A stretch of DNA of 63,745 bases, filler included, from Welwitschia mirabilis (lineage: Eukaryota): the NCBI GenBank assembly GCA_051453625.1. It is 5 parts of one record of this genome, joined end to end, with 100 filler letters (N's around TTAATTAATTAA, not from the genome) between each part and the next. Parts side by side here need not be neighbours in the genome. Positions count along the whole stretch, not along the records: positions 18,959 to 37,309 come from JBOZIK010000001.1; 4 more parts are not named here. One strand, 5' to 3'. How positions within the stretch are numbered: the stretch's first letter is position 1; every line of letters begins with the position of its first letter. The notes beneath the pieces are model-generated. The model was not told the origin of the DNA, made no database searches, and saw only the letters and a list, made by a program, of their open reading frames with translations. The translations under genes and the position numbers were made by a program. Positions 24,705-37,409 of the stretch are shown piece after piece.

Positions 24705-27554
24705 GTAAGTCTTAAAGAAATCTTTGGTTGTGATTTGAAGTCATTTTTTTTAAATTCTTTTTATTATTGTTTCATACTTATAGCTACTTTATTTTGAATA
24801 AGAAGCNNNNNNNNNNNNNNNNNNNNNNNNNNNNNNNNNNNNNNNNNNNNNNNNNNNNNNNNNNNNNNNNNNNNNNNNNNNNNNNNNNNNNNNNNNNNNN
24901 NNNNNNNNNNNNNNNNNNNNNNNNNNNNNNNNNNNNNNNNNNNNNNNNNNNNNNNNNNNNNNNNNNNNNNNNNNNNNNNNNTTAAAAATCAAGTTCAAAA
25001 TTGGATGTAAGAATTAAGATAGTCCAGATGTCATTTTGGAGTGGTTGATTTCATTTACAAGTGCAAATACAAACCTAGAATAGATAATTTTAGCATTACC
25101 AATATTCAATAGACATAGAACCATGTATTAAGAAGTTGTAACTAATTACCTCTACACACAGGTAAATATAATAGATAACAAAATGTTATAAAATTACTCC
25201 TGTGCATAATGGCACTAGAAGGGGCAATAACATAGAAATCTGCTAAGTCATGATCTTCGGTCACATTTGTAGGGATGCTAGGCCTCCATTACTAGAAGAG
25301 CAACAATGAATTTCTTAGTAGAGTTTACGCACTCAACTTGGTTTAAAGCTTCATTTGTCACATGAAACAAATTCCTTTTATGTTTTATTTAGGAAGGTTG
25401 TAACTTTTGTTTCCAATTATCCTATATACCTTAGTATTTATAAGAAGTAAATAGGTATGTATGCCTTTGTACAAGTAAGCTGTGAAAAAGTAATCTATGC
25501 AAGTAAGTTGTTACTTTGTAAGGTAAAATTTGTATATTTTAAATCTAAAAGATAAAACATTACTAAATCTCAGGAGCATCAAGTATGATAAAGGAAATTT
25601 AAGGCATAAGTCAAAAGAAAGAATTAAAAAAATAAAGATATCAAGAATTTTGGGTGTTAAGTTACAGTGATGTTAAAAAGAAAAGCTAGCCTAATAAAAC
25701 TTGACATTAAGATAATACAATTTTGATGTAAGATCCTTGAATAGGATCAAATATTGAAGTAAGAAATGTACATATACTATATAAAGATGATGAATGAATA
25801 TTTCACATACATCTAGAAGGAGTATAGCAAAAAATTTAGTATTTGAATAAAAATTAGTCAACATAGCCAATCTTGATACAAGAAGTTCTCTAGGTGCAAT
25901 CTCATCTTTGGTAATAATGGAAGAAAAATGAGAGTGTAATAGTAAAGATACTTCTACATTTTCAATGTCTATGATTATGGCTATCAAATTTTATTATGTC
26001 TTTCTAAATTACATTTTTTAACACTATAGAGTTAACATAGTTAACTTAGGATACACATGAAATATAATGAATTTTTTATTTTTATTTGGCTAAATTTCTT
26101 TCTTTTCCTGTGTTTTAAACATAAATAATATAATATCCATAAGCTTCCAATTTCTATTTTTACATTTTAATAAAACTAAAACTAAATTTATTATAAGTTC
26201 ATAAGACCCTAAGGATCTATTAGACAAAAAAAATGTAAATGGCATGAGCCTGACAGATGACATCTATAAAGTATCCTAGAGTTTAGGTAAAACTTGGAAT
26301 AATTCCACCAAATGCTAATTTTCATGTCTTTCTGTCATTCATTCTTAGCTCTAGAATGTTTTTGCTTTTTCAAGAGTGTTGCTGATAATTGGTTTGCTTT
26401 CAAATGCTAGCATGAAGTAGATTCAGATAACATGAAAATATCTTTCATCATAGATGGAAAGTAGGTTTTAATAATAATATAGATTATGGTACTCTCACCT
26501 AGGTTACTAACGTTAGTGGTAAGTGGAAAATGCTTGTGTTTGATCAAAAGAATCATTAACATCTTGGGTGTGAACATTAATATGATGCTAGATAAGATAA
26601 TACTTATTCAAAATCTAGGAAAAATTAAGTTAACTAGCATGTCACTAAGATTTCAACTCCTCCTATGCAAGACTATCTTACAAGAAGCATGAGGCAAGAC
26701 AACCATAAAGGAAGTTCATAGAAAGTCATTGGAGCCTTAAACGAAAGAAAAATTATTAGTACAAATGATAACATTAGGTCAGACAAAATTTCTAAATAAA
26801 GTGCTATGAAGAATCTTCCATTGAATGCTAAAAAGACAACTTAATTTGCTAAGACTAGTCAAAAGCAAATTGTATAGAGCACAGAACAATTAAGTTACTA
26901 TGGATAAAGAGTGAGGGCTTTGATTTAAATAACTATTTTATTGAATTAATAGTATTAATGGTTTGCATAAGAATGCTAGTTTTAAAGCTTTTGACATTTT
27001 CTTTGATTGATTTACAATCTTATTTGTTGCTTATTTCATGTTACTTTGCCTCTCAGTGCTATCCTATTTTTGTAATTTCAAGCCTTGCACTTTTCAATAG
27101 GAACTAGTTTTGTATTTGTCATAAGGAAATAGAATCATAGTAAAGAACAATTGGAATTTGTAATACAGTAACAACATATGCAATAGTATGTCTTAGTATA
27201 ATGGTAATCGAACATTTGCATGATGAATTATTATTTGTTATTACAAGTCATGTGGAAGGGCATGTCATTATCTAAGACTTTTTTATACCAAAGATGCATG
27301 TGTTTTAATTATTAGAAGAGGGTTAGAACTACATCTAAATCAAAAAGTAGACTTAAAAACATTTGCATATTTTCTAGAAAGATGGTTTAATATGATAATA
27401 TGATATGATCTTTTACTTAATTCATTTTTCTCTCATTTGATTTTTTTGACCAGATCTTAGTTTTAATTGATGATGTTTAATCATTCAAAAGATTTTTTAG
27501 AACTTATTTTTCAATGTCCATTCTAAAATTTTAACATGCATTTTTGAATTTTAG

Positions 27555-28051
27555 TGCATTCCTCTTGGCTTCTTGGAAGGCACCAAGTTTATAAGAGAAT
27601 CAGATTGCTACATTAGGGATTTTTGGAGTAAGGTGAAAATCATTCTTTTCGATCTCTTTATGACTCTCATATGATTATGTTTTGTTTCTCTACATGAATA
27701 AAAATTGATTATGGTCATAATGCTACTTCTATATTCTTGATTTATGTATTTTAATTTTATCACCTTCCTGTGGTCTTGGGGTAAATTGTTTTCTTTGTTA
27801 TTAGGGAGTGCCATTACTTTGTTCAGATTTACAGCCCTTGTATGAAAATGAAGAGAAGGTACAACTTGTTAGAGATCAATATCCTTAATAACTAGGTTGA
27901 TTTTTTATTTTTTTAATTATCATTGACTAAATTTGCAAGCTCATCTGATGTCAATACAAATGGTTTCATTTATTTTATAGGCAGTTATATTAGAGGAAAT
28001 AATTCTTCAAATTGAATCTTTTCTTAAGAATAATGGAACTTTTCCTGGAAA
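27555..28051 (+). pseudogene. NAA15: Three captured internal exons, with introns, of NatA auxiliary subunit NAA15
   Basis: AG/GT-bounded exons 27555-27632 (CIPLGFLEGTKFIRESDCYIRDFWSK), 27805-27858 (GVPLLCSDLQPLYENEEK) and 27981-28051 (AVILEEIILQIESFLKNNGTFPG) splice in frame. They match recalled plant NAA15 (RIPLDFL....F.EA...YI.PLLTKGVPSLFSDLS.LYDHP.K.DILEQL......I.TTG.FPG). Confidence 0.85.
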
Positions 28052-31000
28052 GTAAGCTTTTGAGTGAGTTTTTAATTTTCCACACCTAAGAGTATTTTAT
28101 ATGTGTATTCATACATCATATTATTATTTGATCTAGATGTTTGAGTATTTGCTATTGTAAATAGTTGATCCCTAAGGGGTTTATGCTTCATTAGTTGTGA
28201 TACTGCATTTGACTTTACACACTATTTTATGTATGTTAAGTGGAAAAGACAACTATAAAAAAACTTANNNNNNNNNNNNNNNNNNNNNNNNNNNNNNNNN
28301 NNNNNNNNNNNNNNNNNNNNNNNNNNNNNNNNNNNNNNNNNNNNNNNNNNNNNNNNNNNNNNNNNNNNNNNNNNNNNNNNNNNNNNNNNNNNNNNNNNNN
28401 NNNNNNNNNNNNNNNNNNNNNNNNNNNNNNNNNNNNNNNNNNNNNNNNNNNNNNNNNNNNNNNNNNNNNNNNNNNNNNNNNNNNNNNNNNNNNNNNNNNN
28501 NNNNNNNNNNNNNNNNNNNNNNNNNNNNNNNNNNNNNNNNNNNNNNNNNNNNNNNNNNNNNNNNNNNNNNNNNNNNNNNNNNNNNNNNNNNNNNNNNNNN
28601 NNNNNNNNNNNNNNNNNNNNNNNNNNNNNNNNNNNNNNNNNNNNNNNNNNNNNNNNNNNNNNNNNNNNNNNNNNNNNNNNNNNNNNNNNNNNNNNNNNNN
28701 NNNNNNNNNNNNNNNNNNNNNNNNNNNNNNNNNNNNNNNNNNNNNNNNNNNNNNNNNNNNNNNNNNNNNNNNNNNNNNNNNNNNNNNNNNNNNNNNNNNN
28801 NNNNNNNNNNNNNNNNNNNNNNNNNNNNNNNNNNNNNNNNNNNNNNNNNNNNNNNNNNNNNNNNNNNNNNNNNNNNNNNNNNNNNNNNNNNNNNNNNNNN
28901 NNNNNNNNNNNNNNNNNNNNNNNNNNNNNNNNNNNNNNNNNNNNNNNNNNNNNNNNNNNNNNNNNNNNNNNNNNNNNNNNNNNNNNNNNNNNNNNNNNNN
29001 NNNNNNNNNNNNNNNNNNNNNNNNNNNNNNNNNNNNNNNNNNNNNNNNNNNNNNNNNNNNNNNNNNNNNNNNNNNCATGTAGTTATTATCATTTCGCTAT
29101 CATCAAATCCTTTTATTGTTTTTATTCATCTTATTGTCTTTTCTATCTTAGTGTCTATGAATAGTAGAACGATGGAAAAGAAGGATTCCATCCCTCTTAT
29201 GTGATCTTACTTTTGGATGATGTGTTTTCCTTCTTCCTTCTAATTTCTTAATTATGTTTTTTAAATTATATTTTTATTCTTTTTGTGGCCAATCTAAATA
29301 CCTTCCTCCCTTTTCTTTTCCAATGATCCCTTTTTTATACAAACCAGAAGATAAGATCCAAAAGACCTAGATCCTGTATCTTAAATAGAATGAATATTAA
29401 GCTTAATTTATGTCATTATGTTATATATCCTACTAGTGTTAGTGGTTAATTTATGTTATTATTAGTGAAGTGGTTGTTTTATTTTCACTGCAATATATTA
29501 GTCATAACAAACACTATCCTATTGGTTAATTTCATAGCCAATATATTAGTTAATTTTAATTTTAACTTTGAAGTGGTTATTTTTCTATTTTAATTAAAGT
29601 GTATATCTATAATATCGAAATATAAATTCAGTAATTAAAAATATTTAAATCTTCAACTTAGAAGTTGATAATTTAGGTTTTTTTTGGCATTGAATATATT
29701 AATCTCAGTGTTATTTAAAGGCACCATATTAGAAAGTCATTTTTCTGGATCACCCTTCATTTTTCCACATCCTTTCCTCTAGTCATCTCTTTTTTATGTT
29801 ATGTTTCTTATACTCTAAATCATCCCTATTCTTCCTTCTTTCTTTGTCATATGAACATATTGTATCATAGAAAGGTATCAACAAACTCAACTTGGAATAG
29901 TAGTAGAAAAATCTTTAGAGATATTTCTAATGCATTTACACATAACAATGGAGGAACTTCTAGTGTTCTATGTCCAAATACGGAAAGATCTCTCATTCTC
30001 CCAATCAACACCAATTATGCTTGTGGGCGTAGAACTAATACTTCTTTGCTCATCTTCTACTTGAACTCTAGAATAAAGAGAATTTGCAATTATAACACTA
30101 TTAGATTAAGAATACACATATATAGAGCTTATGACCTATTAAACTATTCTAATGTTTTATGTTATATGCCCATAGATTTATTATCTTTTTAACTAAAATT
30201 TAAAGAAGTGAAATTTAAGACACCTAGTCTCACATATGATCTTGAGTTATGGATCTTAAATTTCTGCCAAGCATGGATGCTATACAAAATCTATAATAGT
30301 AATCAAAGTGACACATACCAACTCTAGAAGGTATGATAATACAAATTCAATGCATGCAATGATGGGTGCATTAAAGAACTGACTAGCATCAATGTTGTCG
30401 AAGCTGGTGTGCTCAAATTTATTGTTGCTCTGGTTTTTCAATTAATCACCTTTGTAACAAGAAATTTTAAAAGCACTTGAAAAATGTTATGTTTAGAAAC
30501 AAGAAATGTTATGTTCTAGATGCCTTAAAACATAATCCTAAGTCATGAATGTATATCAAATCATAAGAGTTTTATTTTCTTAAACATCATTTTAGCTGAT
30601 TTGAATCATAATACTAAAACTTATTATTCCGTTATAGAGGTTCTTAAAAGATTTGGTTCTAGATTATTTTTATTGTTTTAAGTTATATTTTTACTTGATT
30701 TCATTCATTGATGAAATGATGCTTGAATGGAAAAGGTCGAACAATTCTAGTTAATGTCTTTATTACTTGCATGGTGAATTATATCACTATTTATATAAAA
30801 TATACAATCTAAAGAATCTCTTTTTTGGTTCTTTATGTAAGCATATAGCATTGCTTGTGGTATCCATTATTTGCTAATATTGTAACATATGTGTTCTCTA
30901 GATTGTTTTTCATCTGGTTCAACATGGCTATGATTGTAGCCTCAATTTTTTCTTCATTGTCTTTACAATGACTCTTAAATTTTTATTTTTTGTTATTGCA

Positions 31001-31824
31001 TTACATCCTAAGGTAACATAAATCTTCAACTAGTTCAATATATTAATTTGTCCCTTTTAACATGTTTAACATATTGTTTTTATTTTATTTATCAAGACAT
31101 AAATACCTTAAATTATGTATGTTTTTTAGAAATCTACAACTATCTAAAGAGTCAATTTTCCTACCTTCATAGGTATAGAGTCTATAGGCTAACTTATTTA
31201 GTTGTAATTAAATATTGAACTTTCTACAAAGGTTTCTTTAAATAACATTGTCTTGGGATAAAGAAACAACATTTTAATGATGTGGATGAAAGCGTTCAAG
31301 GACCTCAGCATATCATCTATGAATAGATATCTATCGTTGTAGACCACTGTTATAATTTTATAAAAAATGGTCTCATTTTATCTTCCTTGTTGGAGCTATC
31401 TAATACCCAAAACATAATAAAACTCCACACTTTCACATAATCTAATAGATCAATCTAATCTATTTAGTTTTCTATTTAAGAAATATTTAAAAAACCCCTT
31501 TTAGAAATAATTTATTTAAATTTAGAGGTTATCTCAGTTGAATTATTTTTTGATTCTTATAATATGGCAGTTTGATGGAATTTAAGAATGTTATGTATAT
31601 AGTGACATTCGTTTTACCCATTTTTTTCCACATGTTTTTGTGTAAGATGATTACTCAAATCTTTCATTATTGGATTTAATTAATAAATTGTTTGATACTA
31701 TTTATTTTTATACTACTATATGAATAGGTAAATAAAAACCTCTTACTAGCTTCATTCATATCAGTGCATTATGCATACCTTTGCCATAGTGGAATGTCAA
31801 GTTAGCCAAGAGACTATGCGTTTA

Positions 31825-32831
31825 ATGGGCTTCATAAGCATAGAAAAGCTATCTCCACTGGAATATTAATTCTTAGGATGCAAGTAATAGTTTTATCAGT
31901 GGATTATTCTACTATTCATGCTAGAACATCCACTGCATTATTTATGCCACCTTGATCCCCTCATAAACGTAAATTTCTCTTTTTTAAATTTATAATAAAG
32001 AAAAGAGTGAAGGAATAACTATTTGCAGACCTTGTGTTAATATAAAGTACACACTTTTAGTTATTTAAGGATGTAGAAAAACTTATGAAAGGTGGAATGC
32101 TACAATGTGCAGTCTTCAAGTCTTTAGCATTTAGCTTGGGACCCAGAGAAGTGTAGAATAAGGTGTATTATAGCATTGACTTTCCAAAAGGAAACATTTC
32201 TTTGAAAGCCTTTCATGCTAAGGTTTTAGATAATAAGGACAACTCTATTCCCTTGAATAAGGTTTATTTACCTCATTGGTTAATAGAGGGATTTTACCAA
32301 AAAAAGCCTTGAAGAGAGAAGCAAGAGAAGGCAGAGGGTAAGAGGTTATCAAGTAGCTCAACAATTATTCTATCAAGAAATGATGGAATATGTTCTAATA
32401 CCCTTCGATAATATTTTGGTCTTAGATCTGAAACCCAATACACAATAACCTTCATTCCTGATCCTTATGACATAGTTATTAGTGGTCCCAAAATGATTCC
32501 ACCTGATTATGAAGAACTATAAATTCTTAACATTCATACCATTAACACAAGAGGGGTCGCACACTTGCAAGCTTGCACAGAATGCAGATGTGATCTCTAC
32601 AACATAACTAATGTTAAACCAGACTACTTTGGAGGCTTATTTTATTGCATTGATAGGACCTAGTGTCAGTTGAGAGAAGGATTTTAGGCTGAGAAAAATA
32701 CATATTATCTAAAATACATAGTAAGTTAGGTGAACTGAATTAAAGCTATCATCCCTATGAGGATATACATTCTTATATATACTACAAATGCGTCCTCTTA
32801 AAAAGATAATAATACCTTCACTGGCTGTAAT
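31825..32831 (+). pseudogene. Captured 5' part of a stress up-regulated Nod19 (SURNod19) family gene with premature stops
   Basis: Exon 32029-32831 reads ..AVFKSLAFSLGPREV*NKVYYSIDFPKGNISLKAFHAKVLDNKDNSIPLNKVYLPHWLIEGFY..RNDGICSNTLR*YFGLRSETQYTITFIPDPY..NIHTINTRGV..CTECRCDLYNIT..PDYFGGLFYCIDRT*CQLREGF..YLKYIVS*VN*, matching SURNod19 motifs (DFPRGH, YLHHW, FGLGSETR, PDPY, CTECRCDLYN). A possible signal-peptide exon (31825-31968) joins in phase via a 60-nt GT-AG intron; that exon is less certain. Confidence 0.9.
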
Positions 32832-35299
32832 GTAGTTCATTTTAACACTTCATGCCTGCATCTCATCATAAATCAAGGTTTTCAATCATTTGTGCTTATG
32901 CAATTTCTATGCATGCTTGCAATTTTCTTCTTTAACCCTCATTTACTTATGGCATTAAGTTAAAAATTTATGTACAACTTATACGAGGAAAAAGAATTAC
33001 ATATTTTTTTTAGTGGAATCCCTATTTTTAACTCACCTCTTCTAAAATGTTAGTGCTAAATCACTATTATAGAACCTCCTTGATTAGATTTTATGTTAAT
33101 CAAAGTCCCCTTTTACTGAAATTTATGAGTCTTTATGTCCACTTTTAGCAGTAATTGAAATAACATAGAAAAATATTCTTTCTGGTATTTTGTATTTTTT
33201 CCCCCTGTAAGCTACACCTTTTGAGGCATTTATTTGATAAAATGTCATAAAAGGATTTTAAAGCATTTAAATATGAAAATTCCTTGAAACCCCTCTAAAC
33301 TCATTTGGAGCATTTTATCAGATAAATGCCTTAAAAGATATTTTAAAGCATTTTATTACACAAATGCCTCAAAAGCCCTATTAAGGCATTTATATATAAA
33401 ATGCCTCAAAAGGGCTTTTAAGATAATTTTTCAAAAAATGCCTCAAAAGATGTTTAAGACATTTTTATTTAAATGCCTTAGAAACACCTTAAGATCTTAT
33501 AGGTTTTTAAGGCAAGGCTTTTTAAGATGTTTTGTGAAGAAAAGCCTTAAAAGCTTTTTAGGCATCTTTTTAGTGCCTTTTAAGGTATTTGAGAAATGCC
33601 TTAAAAGCCTATAATCCTCATAGTAAATGCTACCATTATGTGTAAATGTGCTATCATATAATGACTGACATAAAAAGAAGGATTAATGTTATCAATTAGG
33701 CCTTAGTGCAAAACTCTGTAAGCTAGAGAAATATGTGTGATTAATACTTCTCTCTTATCTCTTGCCACATCTAGTAAAATATCTAACATTACACTATAAG
33801 TGTATCAATCCATCTCACCACCTACTGAATTTATATAAATGCTATCCAATCCACTTATTCTTATCATCATACCTATGTGTCCTAGTAGAATGGATACCTC
33901 ATAACCATGAAGTATGGCTATGTTCATGTCTACCAAGTGATCATCTATGTATGATAGAATTCCTATATGCATGAAGTCATAGAACTATTATATCTTTGAA
34001 GTAAAATACATCTGCGTGCATCCAAGATTAATCTTAACTATAATTTTCGAAGTCTATAATTGATCTTGGGATTAAATCATCTCATAAAATCATCAAGTTT
34101 CCTCCTTACCCTAATAGAAGATGTCTGGATGGACTATGATCTAGCAAAATAAGAAGGAGGATGAACTAGCTTAGCTTGCTAGAGCTATGAAAGATTTAAA
34201 AACGGTTCGAGAAGATGATTTTACCTCTACGTATCTAGATTGAGCTCTGGTATGTGGCCTACTGAAAATATTCATAACATATATTATCAAGAAAGTTAAA
34301 ATTCCAAATTCATTATGCAATATGTTTTTAGACATTTTTAGAGTCTCCCTTAAAATTTAACATAAAGTCACAAATACTAATTCCTATCCCCCCACCCGCT
34401 CCCTCTCATATATAGTTCATTTTAAATTATGAAAAATTTGAGAGAAATGTGTAAATTTTGTGAAGTTTTATAATAATGATGATTATAAAAATGTGAAAAA
34501 AATTAAAGAGTGTAAATAAAAAATATAATCAAGTATAATTATAGATCTCATAATGATGATTGTTCTAACTATAAACATTACTATCTTTGTTTGAATGATG
34601 TGAAAGAAATCTGGTTTTAAAAATGAAAGCCTAATTCTACCTCCTGAAACATACAAATTCACATATTTCATAAAACATACAGTGAAATTCAAATCTATTT
34701 AGACCAAAATTATGGGGATAAAAATTTGAGTATTCTACATGAAGTGGAATTAAAAACACCTAAGAAACAAGAGAAATAAGTAAAAATTTTAAAAATTTAA
34801 AAACACATCTTAGTTTCTCAAAAAATTTTAAATATTACATTTAGAGGATAGATTTGATGAATGGAAGTTGTTCAGATACTAGAGGCAGAAAAAGCATAAT
34901 TCTCATTACTTGAGAGCAGAGGAGATTAGTTAGAGAATGAGGGAAAATGGATGAAATAGGGTTTGAAACCATGGTTTTTATAGTCATCATCGATTACATC
35001 CTTCAAGAAATAGTCTCAGAAAAACTAATAGAGAAGATGAATGTCATATATTGTGTTGTATAAATAACATTAGAGATGACAATATTTTTAAGAGATGGTT
35101 ATTGTTTGCTTATCATCTAGATGACATAGTGGACAACAAGGCTTTTTAAGAATTTATGATGGATATTAAGTGGAGGGTAAGCTTTAAAAAGTTATGAATG
35201 AAAATAAGTAAAAAAATATTTTACATTAATCTTGAATGATGAAGTTTATGAATGTGATTAGAAGACTTTGAAAATGTTAAGGCTAAGATAGTACTTCAT

Positions 35300-37130
35300 T
35301 TAGAAAAAGTGTGACATACAAGGATGTAGGTTTTTTTGAATGAAATAAAGAATAAGTTTGAATACACACATCTTAATGAGACAAGAATGAATAGGAAGCC
35401 TTGTCTAGCCTAATATTTGGATGACTAAAAGAATGACATCTTTAGTTTAGAATTTTAGATTAATTTGAAAGTTTTAGATGGAATAAATTCTATGGTGACA
35501 TGATGATATGGCTAAGACATTTGCAATAGGAACAATGAAGGATTTGATCATTGTGTGTCAGGACTTAATAATTTCCAACACAGAAGACTAGAAAATGATA
35601 AAGTTCTTGCCATTGTTTATGAAAAAAAGAAGTGAATGATTTTAAGATAACTAATTTATAACTAATAAAATTAAAAACTAAAAATAAAACACATGGAACA
35701 GGAATAAGATTAACTAGTTTGCCCTAAATTTTTAACATAATAAGATCCCTTGGAGAAAATGATAACATCACTTAATGTAAAGATGTATGATTTATTGTGA
35801 AAATATCATAGTCTGTTATTCAGTAAGGCAATAAAAGGACTAATATCCAAATATTATTTAAAAAGTATCAATTTATGTTTGAACTATAATTGAATCCATC
35901 TTCAGCTTTTAGTAACCATAGTACTTTAGTTACAACATCATCTAATGATCAATATACTAAAAAGTCCTTAAGGATTTTTTGCATTAGGATAATTGGAATT
36001 AAGTGGGATATTAACAAACACCATTCTTTATAATGAGAGGAGTGAAAAAACTACTAAGAGAGTGATGATTCATAAGCAAAACTAGATGGTGACAAACTGA
36101 CCTTGTGATAGAGTTTTCACAGCTATCATATCATACTGCCAAAGGCACCTCTAGAGAAAATTTGCCCTAGTGCACTTATGGTAGAACATCATTGTATATT
36201 TTAAAGAAGGATTAACTTTTTATTTTGTTTCCTCTTTAATTATTGTTTTATGCATTTTGGATTTCATTTTAATAGCATTGATTGATCATTAGAGTTAAAT
36301 AATAAAATACATGATTGCCAATAAGCATCTGATTAACATAATTGATTCTAAAATAAATTAACCAAGGAGATTGGTTAGATATATAAATATTTGAAATTGG
36401 ATTCATCTAATATTTTTTAGTATAATACCCTAGGTAAGAGATTACTTAGACATGATATGATATGTAAAATTTAAATATGAATCAAGTTAAAGATGATTGA
36501 GTAGCATTATAACTTAAACCAAGAAATGAAAATAAGAGAAGATTTAGAAAATGAAAAAGGGAAGATCCTCCTATTTTTCTTTAAGAGGATCTCATAAGTT
36601 AATTACTTATACCACATTTAAGACATAAGAATAACTATTAGGTAAGGTAAATTTTAAGCCTTTATCCATTGACTTTTTAATCAAGTTTTAATTGCAAATC
36701 AAAAAATCTCAATAGAGCCATTAGAATGAACATTTTTTACAAGGTAAGGATCTAATCATTTAGAGATCAACTTGTTATGTAAAAGATCCACTTACATAAT
36801 ATATAATAAAATCAACTAACTAGGTTCAAAGGATTTGTAGAGGAGCTTTTTATCATGGTGAAACTTTTCCTAGGCTTTTTGGATAAGTTATCTATAAATA
36901 GCATGATTATATTTCTCATTAAGATGTTGAAGTTGGACTATTCTATGCTAAAGATTACAATCAAAATCTATGAAATTAAGTTGATAAATGAATTTATAAG
37001 AATTATAACATACATCAATGAAAAGAACACAAGTTTTACCATACACAAGTTCATAAGGTGAAAAATCAAGTGAATTATGCCAAGTAGTATGGTAAGCCTA
37101 AAGAAGGTTACTAAATTTTATGAACCAAGA
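35300..37130 (+). mobile_element. Very degraded Ty1/copia pol remnant
   Basis: Scattered motifs: FKGFV..AFYHGETF (~36825-36870, cf. AKGF.Q.EG.DY.ETF), a KSLYGLKQ-like stretch (~37082-37105), and protease/integrase-like pieces upstream. Heavily frameshifted. Confidence 0.4.
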
Positions 37131-37409
37131 TTTCTTATTTTTGAAAATTCATTTTTAAATAATTTTATTGATTTTCTTATTTGTATTTTTAGCTTAGCCA
37201 ATTTTTTGAGTGATAATCCTTAAATATCCTATGTTCACTTTCTACTGAAAGGAGGAGTTTTCTAGTAATCTTTTTTATATATTGAGTTTTTTGATCACTT
37301 ATCAAAATTNNNNNNNNNNNNNNNNNNNNNNNNNNNNNNNNNNNNNNNNNNNNTTAATTAATTAANNNNNNNNNNNNNNNNNNNNNNNNNNNNNNNNNNN
37401 NNNNNNNNN

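Larger units (their letters stand above)
24031..33625 (+). mobile_element. Non-autonomous CACTA-like element carrying host gene fragments (Pack-CACTA candidate)
   Basis: Left end CATTGTAAGAATGATAGGATTTTAAGGCATT and right end AATGCCTTAAAAGCCTATAATCCTCATAGTA match at 24/31 positions as an inverted repeat, with a CACTA-like consensus. Dense AAATGCCT(T/C)AAAA subterminal repeats occupy 33220-33610. Flanks are AAA/AAT (possible decayed 3-bp TSD). No transposase was recognised inside. Confidence 0.7.

Noticed and set aside
29851-30192. 113-aa ORF as a standalone gene
   Set aside because: No recognisable domain, and another frame looks at least as protein-like. Left as unidentified cargo.
33220-33610. 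Regularly recurring AAATGCCTTAAAA repeats resembling a CRISPR-like array
   Set aside because: Units are short, occur in both orientations with irregular spacing, and end in a TIR. They are CACTA subterminal repeats, and there are no cas genes.
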